From positions 59,481 through 123,480 of the forward strand of contig NIVC01003044.1 in NCBI GenBank assembly GCA_002269645.1: a DNA stretch of 64,000 nt, read 5' to 3'. The position numbers and the translations under genes are program-made. The stretch comes from Macrostomum lignano. Taxonomy: Eukaryota. Positions 34,486-44,900 of this stretch are shown piece by piece. Position 1 is the first letter of the stretch. Every line of letters starts with the position of its first letter. A model generated the notes under the pieces. The model saw only the letters and a list, made by a program, of their open reading frames with translations. It had not been told where the DNA came from and made no database searches.

Positions 34486-36060
34486 TTGATTCTGGCGCCC
34501 CTTGGTGCTGTCAACCCTCTTCCAGCTAAGAATACTGGCTTGGCTTTTATAATTAATAATATTTAAAATTTTATATTTTATAATTAAAATATTATTATTA
34601 TTATTATTATATCATTACAATATGTGACTCACCATGAGACTGGTCAAAGAGCAATAGCACCAATGATGCCTAATGGCTACGAAGAGGTACATATAAAGGG
34701 GAAAAGAAATGAAAGAAGAAAAAGGGAGAGGATGGAAAGAGAATAAGACAAAGAAAATTGAGAAGTCTAAAAACTGATCAAGGTGGTCTATATAGAAATG
34801 CAGGTAGAGCATTCTATAGTTTACAGTAAATGAAAATGAAGCACCTCTTCTGTTTCTCTGATAAAGGAAGTCTAAAGCAGAAGCCGTTTGCTGTTTGCTG
34901 TTAGAACGGAGACCATGGTGGGACCGTGGAGCAAAAGGAAGGAGGAGCTGCTGAAGCTCACTGGTGCCTTGACCCCGCAGAAGTCTATGGACAAAAGCAA
35001 AAGTCCACCGACAGTTCTGCGAGTCCCAAGGCTATGGAACCTGGCAGGAGTCCCCAGTGATCCTGACAGCCTTCTGCTCGACACGGTCCAATAAAGTAAG
35101 ATGGGACTCACTGGCAGATCAACCATACAACAGTAAAGTACTCAAGGAATTGAAGCTTTTGATATTTCTTACCTGTCAGATAGCTTTTTTAACCATTTTC
35201 GACAATAATAATTTTGTCCTGATGTTAATCCGGGATTAGGAAAATAAATAAAATGAGAAATATGGCCGCCTGGATAGCTAAAAATATTTCAGATATTCAA
35301 AGCTAGCTATCGGTTTTCCGCCACGGTTCTGCGACCAAGGCTAAGGGAATCAAGTCGTGGTAGGAAACTGATGAAACGAGAGAAATTGGTTTTGCAATAT
35401 CACTGTGACAACGAGTCTGCTTTAGGACGGATGAAAAAACTGTAGATAAATTAGATTTTTTTACCTTAGTTTCACCTGTGCAAGTTGCGGGATCCAATTC
35501 GACCCAGTGATTGACAGTTGAAGAAAAATAAAAGAATTTATCAATTTATATTAAAGCTATAGTCTATATTCTGTTTAATGCATTTCTAAGAACCTTACAG
35601 AGCCGATAAAAAGAAAGTAAGTATTGGGATTAAGTATACTCAGGTAAGGACGTAGACTTATCGGAACATCCCATGAATTATAAATCTACTTGAGTTAGTG
35701 CAGACGTGTGTGCAGACAAACAGAGGCAAACGGTCTGTCTTTCCAATATTATTCAACTTATTCGCCCACGCTCTGATCGGATGCCAAGTCTTCGACTGGA
35801 CTATGCAAAGCCGATCGGAAAAGTCATTCGCTCACGCTGGAGACAGAAAACCGCTTTTAGAATTGGAAATTAATGTTCCCGATTTCTGATTGGGGGATCA
35901 AGGATACAGTCGGGACTAGCACTATTTAATCCCTAGATGACAGGGAGGGATCGGGGATCGCTGCTCATAGCTAACACATCAGTGTTATTTAATTGCAAAA
36001 ATCTGCAATTCGTAAACGGACTACTCTAGTACAAACTCAACCGACTGCTCCAAGCACGCA

Positions 36061-36709
36061 ATGACGTCGGCTTCAACAGCGCAGGGGTCAGTGTCTCGCA
36101 GGCTGCTAGCTCTGGTCGCCATAGCTACAGCCGCCGCCGTCTTGCTGGCAGACCAGGGCGGTGTCGAAGCTTTCGCCGCTGGCCGAATGGAGCCGGACGG
36201 TGAGGCGGCGGACGGCGGACAGAGACCCTCGACGTGGCTGGCGATGAAACGACAGTGGCTCGGAGAGAGGAACGGAGACAGGCTGGTTCGGTGAGTACTT
36301 TTTTAATATATGAGCTCATTCTTAGACAAATCCCACCGGATGTACTATGAGATGATTGCAATTTACCGGTACTGTATTGTAGAAAACTGAATCTGTTTTT
36401 GGCTGTCCTCAAAAATTCTGTCGGCACCCAAAGGACCCTCATTGCAAAGTAAACTTGCAATAAACTATAGCTTGCTAGTCATGTTTTATTAGGGCTGCTA
36501 CTCTGAATTCCAGTCCTTTAGGATGTAGGCCGTAGGGTTAGTGAATATAAAACCCTATAGCCAGCGACTCATTACAGTGTAATACTCACTCAGTAAAGTT
36601 GTCATCACCCAGTCTGCATGCTCTCAAAACTTATCATTTCAGCAACAGGAAGTGGTGGCCAGTCAAGTACTGGGAGGTTCCGCCGGAGGAGATCGAAGTT
36701 CGTCGATGA
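36061..36709 (+). CDS. Small secreted neuropeptide/prohormone-like precursor, 98 aa, 2 exons
   Basis: Exons 36061-36290 (CG|gtgagt) and 36643-36709 (tttcag|C). Hydrophobic signal-like N-terminus; basic sites KR, RLVR, RK and a terminal RR; sequence ...AMKRQWLGERNGDRLVRNRKWWPVKYWEVPPEEIEVRR*. Confidence 0.75.
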
Positions 36710-37715
36710 ACGAACTCAATGCTCGATCAGACGACGGTTGCTGGCGCACGATTCCTCACGAGGCTTGAGTGTAGTGAAAAAACTCAAACAAATAATACAT
36801 TGGCAGATTAGTCACGAGCAAGTATAAGGACTAATACTCAAGGACTAAGGACTATTTACCCAAATCAACTATTACGCAATTTCTAACCGCAAACAATAAT
36901 CATCGTTTTGACGCAAGACTTAATTAATTGCGGTAATAAATACGAAATCATCGTAATTTATATTGTTTGCCTTGAATCATTTACGGTAGCACGATAACAA
37001 TCCATAAAAAATGTTGGAGTCGAACAAAAAAGGGTTTGGCCATAGACAAATTCTGTCAAGAATGGTATACAGAAATTTTGGCAGAACTTTGCATGATTGC
37101 CAGTTTGCGGTGTAGCATTGTCCATGAAATATCTTCGAGGATGATAGAGCTGCATGTACGTAATCACTGCTCAAAAGCTCTAACGCAGACAATAACCTCA
37201 TTAGGGACTACATAGTGCTATGTAGCCAATGCTTGCCTGCCTTTACAATAAATCATAATGTATTTGCGTATGGATACTAAAGAAATCCCCTGACAATAAA
37301 TTAATCACTAATTTGGCGATGCCCAATGCAGCTAGTGCAACCGATTAAAGGGGTTGTAAATCACTGCGCCCTCTGGCGCCCTGTATAGTGGTGGATTGGC
37401 AAGAGATAACAATAAATAAATAAATGCAATCCACTATAAAGGTGAGAAGGGACTAAACTGTGTTTGTGGCTTGCATTGATCTGCGTCAATTCCACGGTCC
37501 AATGATAATTCCCTGGCCTGTTATATGCAAGAATGCACAGCTATAAATATTTAGAAGCGCATATTCGCGTGTCCCTGATTGACCCGAAATACTCGTAGCA
37601 TTGCCATGCAGGTGACGAATTAATGAACACGAATAGAATGCGCCCTGTTTTTTATAGAACAAAACTCATCACTTGAGTGCATCGTGTTTGACGTGTATCT
37701 AATGAACTAATTGCA

Positions 37716-38666
37716 TCAAACACGAAGGGTCCACAGATGCCCACGCAGTAGAACTGGGAACAGTAAAGCACCTGCAGGTGACAACTCATTCTCTTTTGGA
37801 CACCCATAGTCGAAAGCATTGCTCTTTACGCCTCTGAGGCCTTGGGAGACTTTCGTTTCCTGTAACCTGGGGCCCCAAAGGGCTTTAGCACAAAGGGGCT
37901 TTAGCACCAAGGGGCTTTAGCACCAAGGGGCTTTAGCACCAAGGGGCTTTAGCACCAAGGGGCTTTAGCACCAAGGGGCTTTAGCACCAAGGGGCTTTAG
38001 CACCAAGGGGCTTTAGCACCAAGGGGCTTTAGCACCAAGGGGCTTTAGCACCAAGGGGCTTTAGCACCAAGGGGCTTTAGCACCAAGGGGCTTTAGCACC
38101 AAGGGGCTTTAGCACCAAGGGGCTTTAGCACCAAGGGGCTTTAGCACCAAGGGGCTTTAGCACCAAGGGGCTTTAGCACCAAGGGGCTTTAGCACCAAGG
38201 GGCTTTAGCACCAAGGGGCTTTAGCACCAAGGGGCTTTAGCACCAAGGGGCTTTAGCACCAAGGGGCTTTAGCACCAAGGGGCTTTAGCACCAAGGGGCT
38301 TTAGCACCAAGGGGCTTTAGCACCAAGGGGCTTTAGCACCAAGGGGCTTTAGCACCAAGGGGCTTTAGCACCAAGGGGCTTTAGCACCAAGGGGCTTTAG
38401 CACCAAGAAATTGTTGGGGAACTGCTAAAATTGGGAACAGGGAGGAGGAGAGGCAATTACAAAAGTGATTAATTGATTACTTAAACATCAGGTTACAGTC
38501 TTCGTACCTTTAGTATCAGCTCGTGATCCTCCGTACCTGGTACAGGTTGCGGTATCTCTCACTCTTGCACCCGTGCTGTCCCTCAGTGTCACACTGAAAA
38601 ATGCTCTTATCACTAGCTATATTTTGCGTTCTTCGCTTCGGACCTTGATCGGGTGGAATGAGCCGT
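37716..38666 (-). CDS. Possible pair of minus-strand coding exons of an unidentified gene (5' end not found)
   Basis: Exon 38666-38537 (ttttag|...CAG|gtacgg) and exon 37859-37716 (ttacag|...TGA) are in phase and open; the 16-bp array lies between them. Confidence 0.35.
37875..38408. repeat. Near-perfect minisatellite, 16-bp unit CACCAAGGGGCTTTAG (about 32 copies)
   Basis: Direct observation; almost no variation. Confidence 0.95.
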
Positions 38667-38797
38667 CTAAAAATATAAAAACTTTATCATAAAAAGTCGA
38701 ATAAACGGCACTGCAAACTGATTAGACGCCTTTGTTGAGTTGAAATTAATTTTCTGCTAAAATTTGAAGGTCAAATTAGGGATTCTGGAAATAAAAT

Positions 38798-40450
38798 ATG
38801 ACAAAGATTTTTACCAGCATGATTGGAGCCTTCGCGATGGCGCTGCTGTTCTGTTGTAAGTATTCTCTGTGCTTTCTTTGCACTTTAGATTTAGAATTTG
38901 GAACAGAAGTGCACTTGAATTTTGAGTTCAGTTGAGTATATTAGAGTAGAGTGAAGTAGAGTAGAGTGGTGTAGAGTAGAGTAGAGTGAAGTAGAGTAGA
39001 GTGGTGTAGAGTAAAGTAAAGTGAAGTAGAGTAGATTGGAGTAGAGTAGAGTAGAGTGAAGTAGAGTAGATTGGAGTGGAGTAGAGTAGAGTGAAGTAGA
39101 GTAGATTGGAGTAGAGTAGAGTAGAGTGAAGTAGAGTAGAGTGGAGTAGAGTAGAGTAGAGTGAAGTAGAGTAGAGTAGAGTAGAGTAGAGTAGAGTGAA
39201 GTAGAGTAGATTGGAGTGGAGTAGAGTAGAGTGAAGTAGAGTAGAGTGGAGTAGAGTAGAGTAGAGTGAAGTAGAGTAGAGTAGAGTAGAGTAGAGTAGA
39301 GTAGAGTGGAGTAGAGTAGAGTGAAGTAGTGTAGAGTAGAGTAGAGTAGAGTAGAGTAGAGTAGAGTAGAGTGAAGTAGAGTAGAGTAGAGTAGAGTAGA
39401 GTGAAGTAGAGTAGAGTGGAGTAGAGTAGAGTAGAGTGAAGTAGAGTAGAGTAGAGTAGAGTAGAGTAGAGTAGAGTAGATTAGAGTAGAGTAGAGTGAA
39501 GTAGAGTAGAGTAGAGTAGAGTGAAGTAGAGTAGAGTAGAGTAGAGTAGAGTGAAGTAGAGTAGACTAGAGTAGAGTAGAGTAGAGTGAAGTAGAGTAGA
39601 GTAGAGTGAAGTAGAGTAGAGTAGAGTAGAGTAGAGTGAAGTAGAGTAGAGTAGAGTAGAGTAGAGTAGAGTAGAGTGAAGTAGAGTAGAGTAGAGTAGA
39701 GTAGAGTAGAGTAGAGTAGAGTAGAGTAGAGTAGAGTGAAGTAGAGTAGAGTAGAGTAGAGTAGATTAGAGTAGAGTGAAGTAGAGTAGAGTAGAGTAGA
39801 GTAGATTAGAGTAGAGTGGAGTAGAGTTGAATAGAGTTACTTAGAGTAGTGTTGAGTAGAATACAGTGGTGTAGAGTAGAGTGGTGTGGAAGAGAGTTGA
39901 GTAGAGTAGCGGTAGAGTTAAATAGAATTGAGTATAGAGTAGAGCAGAGTGGAGTTTGGCTGCGCTGATCGTAGATTAGTCACAGTGATGGAATTTCGCC
40001 TGTCTCAAGTTCCCCTTCACCTGTTGGGAGAATTTCTACTGCAAACTCGACCTCAGCTTAACCTTTAGAGGCGAGTAACGCAAGCAGACGTAAAGCATTC
40101 AGCTGGGTACTAACCGCAGCTAACTTTGCTTAACTCTGCTTAGAGCCTGGGATAAATACTCAGGTGAATATAGCAGAACGGAGTAGGCTAGTAGGCTAGG
40201 TTAGTTTTTTATTTGTTATATGACTATTATTATTGTTTAAAATTTTGCAGCCGCCGAAGCCAGCCGTGCGAGGGACGAAGAGTTCCAAGTGTACTGCAAT
40301 GTCAGCGTGAAATCTTCCCACGACTTTCTCATGGTGCTGTTCTCAATCTTCCTGACCATACTCATGTCCTCCGTGCCCTGGATCATCGCCCTGGCCTTGG
40401 ACCTGTTCCGCTGGATCGGCTCGGCTATCGTGTCGCAAATTCAAGCTTAA
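38798..40450 (+). CDS. Small membrane protein (signal peptide plus hydrophobic C-terminal half), 85 aa, 2 exons
   Basis: Exons 38798-38855 (T|gtaagt) and 40251-40450 (tttgcag|CC): MTKIFTSMIGAFAMALLFCSAEASRARDEEFQVYCNVSVKSSHDFLMVLFSIFLTILMSSVPWIIALALDLFRWIGSAIVSQIQA*; not in the ORF track because it is spliced. Confidence 0.7.
38942..39955. repeat. Intronic (AGAGT)n pentanucleotide array
   Basis: Direct observation. Confidence 0.95.
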
Positions 40451-40639
40451 ATCAAACGATTCAGTGGCTCATATTGAGTTTATATCTGTCGTTTAAATTA
40501 TATCTCCGCGGCTGCATATGCCAGAGCTTTTGAGTTCGTTTATGAAAAATTGAAAAAAATAAATTCGAGATTCATAGTGTACTTGTAGACAGATATTCTT
40601 TGTCGTGGATTTGTACTTTTTATGTGCTAACTGGAGAGT

Positions 40640-41475
40640 TGCTCAAAGTGCGCTCATCAGAGCTACCAAAGTGTGCTCATCAGAGCTACCAAAGTGTGCT
40701 CATCAGAGCTACCAAAGTGTGCTCATCAGAGGTAACAGAGTGTGCTCATCAGAGCTACCAAAGTGTGCTCATCAGAGCTACCAAAGTGTGCTCATCGGAG
40801 GTAACAGAGTGTGCTCATCAGAGCTACCAAAGTGTGCTCATCAGAGGTAACAGAATGTGCTCATCAGAGGTAACAGAGTGTGTTCATCAGAGGTAACAGA
40901 GTGTGCTCATCAGAGGTAACAGAGTGTGCTCATCAGAGGTAACAGAGTGTGCTCATCAGAGGTAACAGAGTGTGCTCATCAGAGGTAACAGAATGTGCTC
41001 ATCAGAGCTACCAAAGTGTGCTCATCAGAGGTAACAGAGTGTGCTCATCAGAGGTAACAGAGTGTGCTCATCAGAGGTAACAGAGTGTGCTCATCAGAGG
41101 TAACAGAGTGTGCTCATCAGAGGTAACAGAGTGTGCTCATCAGAGGTAACAGAGTGTGCTCATCAGAGCTACCAGAGTGTGCTCATCAGAGCTACCAAAG
41201 TGTGCTCATCAGAGCTACCAGAGTGTGCACATCAGAGCTACCAGAGTGTGCTCATCAGAGCTACCAGAGTGTGCTCATCAGAGCTACCAAAGTGTGCTCA
41301 TCAGAGGTAACAGAGTGTGCTCATCAGAGCTACCAGTACCAAAGTGTGCTCATCAGAGCTACCAGTACCAAAGTGTGCTCATCAGAGCTACCAAAGTGTG
41401 CTCATCAGAGCTACCAAAGTGTGCTCATCAGAGCTACCAGAGTGTGCTCATCGGAGGTAACAAAGTGTGCTCAAT
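40640..41475. repeat. Minisatellite, 23-bp unit GTGTGCTCATCAGAGCTACCAAA / GTGTGCTCATCAGAGGTAACAGA
   Basis: Two interleaved unit variants. Confidence 0.95.
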
Positions 41476-41911
41476 AGAGGCCAAATTAAGTTCATAGGAT
41501 GACTCAATCGAGATGCCAATTAAGTGTGAAACTGTACTCAAGTAGCGCCAAGAGACAAGCTAATATCACCAAACTTAATACGTATAGATTTACTTAGTAC
41601 TATGTAATTTCTTTCAGCAATTTAGTCAGTCACATTGCACGGTTCGTTTCATTTCTAGGACAAAAAAACGAAAATTGACAAGCTTTGAGCCTTCGTGAGT
41701 TTGGGTTAAGACTGAGTCTGTCCCAGTTTTTGGTTTCTCTTATTATATGAAACTTTTTTTGTCGAAAACTGATGTTACTACAACAGGCCCAGTACCAAAA
41801 TGTGACACTTAAAATATTTTTGCTGCATACGGATACAGAACGTATTATCAATCTTAATTAGTCCATTGGAAAATCTGAGTTAAAGACGATCGATAATAAA
41901 GAATCGATGAT

Positions 41912-44900
41912 CTAGTTGACAGACACGTGACCGTATTTGTCTTTTAGTTTAGCCAGAAGTTCTTCGCCATGCTCTCTGTCGCGAACTTCGCACACGCATC
42001 TGAAATATTAATTATTTGCGGTTGAAGAATTGATGCTGTAAGACGTGAGGAGCTACGCCCACACCACTCCCTCTTCCTGCCTCTATGGGGTGAGGGGCTA
42101 TTGTGGCTACACCCACCCCACTCCCTCTTCCTGCCTCTATGGGGTGAGGGACTGTTTTGGCTACACCCACCCCACTCCCTCTTCCTGCCTCTATTGGTGA
42201 GGGGTTATTGTGGCTATACCCACCTCACTCCCTCTTCCTGCCCCTATGGGTGAGGGCTGTTGTGGCTACATCCACCTCACTCCCTCTTCCTGCCCCTATG
42301 GGTGAGGGCTGTTGTGGCTACATCCACACCACTCCCTCTTCCTGCCTCTATGGGGTGAGGGACTGTTTTGGCTACACCCACCCCACTCTCTCTTCCTGCC
42401 TCTATTGGTGAGGGGTTATTGTGGCTACACCCACCCCACTCCCTCTTCCTGCCTCTATGGGGTGAGGGACTGTTTTGGCTACACCCAACCTACTCCCTCT
42501 TCCTGCCTCTATGGGGTGAGGGACTGTTTTGGCTACACCCACCCCACTCCCTCTTCCTGCCTCTATTGGTGAGGGCTGTTGTTACCCACACCACTCCCTC
42601 TTCCTGCCTCTATTGGTGAGGGCTGTTGTGGCTACACCCACACCACTCCCTCTTCCTGCCTCTATGGGGTGAGGGACTGTTTTGGCTACACCCAACCTAC
42701 TCCCTCTTCCTGCCTCTATCGATTGATGGTTTTTTTTAGCCCCAACTTATCAGCTACGAGCTCTTAATAAGTAAGCTCTCACCTGACTTTAACCTGAAAG
42801 ATATCAGACTTAAGCCAGGCTCTCTCGTGAAAAATGTCTTTAATAGAGACGCCCATGCCGGCTAGGATGGCGCTCAGTTCAGCTATGCCGCCCGGCCTGT
42901 CCGACACGGTAGTAACGAAGTGAATCAGTCGGCCGTCAACGGCCAGGCCTCTTTCGATGACACGACCGAGCACCGTCGTATCGATGTTGCCACCGCAGAG
43001 GATTACTACAACGCTGGTTAAATTTGAACAAAGGATGGATTGACAGACTCTATCCAGAAATGAGTTTTACTGGACATTTTAAAGTATCTATACATTTGAA
43101 AGACACCATAATCTATTCTCAGTAATATAAAGTCTATTCAAACTCTTTATCCTACTCGGAACAACACCAGAATATAATCGATTCAGACACTTTGAAGTTG
43201 ATTCAGATACCCCAAATAAAATCTATTCCAGCGCTCCAGAATCTGCTCAAACACTCCAGAATCTACGCAGACACTCCAGAATCTACTCAGACACTCCAGA
43301 ATCTACTCAGACACTCCAGAATCTACTCAGACACTCTAGAATCTAGTCAGACACTTCATAGTCTAATCAAACACTCCAGAATCTACTCAGACACTCCAGA
43401 ATCTACTCAGACACTCTAGAATCTAGTCAGACACTTCATAGTCTAATCAAACACTCCAGAATCTACTCAGACACTCCAGAATATACTCAGACACTCCAGA
43501 ATCTACTCAGACACTCCAGAATCTACTCAGACACTCCAGAATCTACTCAGACACTCCAGAATCTACTCAGACACTCCAGAATCTACTCAGACACTCCAGA
43601 ATCTACTCAAACACTCCAGAATCTACTCAGACACTCCAGAATCTACTCAAACACTCCAGAATCTACTCAGACACTCCAGAATCTAGTCAGACACTTCATA
43701 GTCTAATAAAACACTCCAGAATCTACTCAGACACTCCAGAATCTACTCAAACACTCCAGAATCTACTCAGACACTCCAGAATCTACTCAAACACTCCAGA
43801 ATCTACTCAGACACTCCAGAATCTAGTCAGACACTTCATAGTCTAATAAAACACTCCAGAATCTACTCAGACACTCCAGAATCTACTCGGACACTCCAGA
43901 ATCTACTCAGACACATTAAAAACCATAATAAAGTCTACCTTGACCCTCTCCAATCTTCCCAACTCACGTCTTCCCTTGCAGCTCGGGCAGCAGGCCCTGC
44001 AAAATGGCTGCCAGACCCGCGGCTCCGGCGCCCTCAACCACGACTTTCTCAAGCTCGAGCAGACGCAGAATGGCCAATGCGATGAACTCCTCTGAGACCG
44101 TCACTATGCGATCGATAATGTCCCGACACGAGTAGAACGCGTTGCTACCCACCTTGGGAACCGAGAGACCATCAGCTAGCGAAGATTTCACCACGCTTTG
44201 CACCGGCTCACCAGATTTTAGGGCGTCCGTGAAGCTGGGACAGCGTTCTGACTCTGCGCCCTGCGTTATTATGAAGGATCTTAGTGCTGAGTCTTTGTTG
44301 CCATGCGGATCTGTTTGTATGCTTCTGCTGCATTTAGTGCTAGTCATCTGCATTAGCTAAGGTTGTCAAGAGCAGTAGCCTTGGCGCCCCCTTGCAGTAG
44401 CTTTGGTGCCCCCTGCAGTAGCTTTGGTGCCCCCTGAAGTAGCTTTAGTGCCCCCTGCAGTAGCTTTGGTGCCCCTGAAGTAGCTTTGGTGCCCCCTGCA
44501 GTAGCTTTGGTGCCCCCTGAGGTAGCTTTGGTGCCCCCCCCCCCTGCAGTAGCTTTGGTGCCCCCTGCAGTAGCTTTGGTGCCCCCTGCAGTAGCTTTGG
44601 TGCCCCTGAAGTAGCTTTAGTGCCCCCTGCAGTAGCTTTGGTGCCCCCTGAAGTAGCTTTGGTGCCCCCTGAAGTAGCTTTGGTGCCCCCTGAAGTAGCT
44701 TTGGTGCCCCCCCTGCAGTAGCTTTGGTGCCCCCTGAAGTAGCTTTGGTGCCCCCCCCTGCAGTAGCTTTGGTGCCCCCTGCAGTAGCTTTGGTGCCCCC
44801 TGAAGTAGCTTTGGTGCCCCCCCCCTGCAGTAGCTTTGGTGCCCCCTGCAGTAGCTTTGGTGCCCCCTGCAGTAGCTTTGGTGCCCCCTGAAGTAGCTTT

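Noticed and set aside
34888-35094. Short ORF MVGPWSKRKEELLKL...
   Set aside because: No recognisable motif, partner exon or clear splice context
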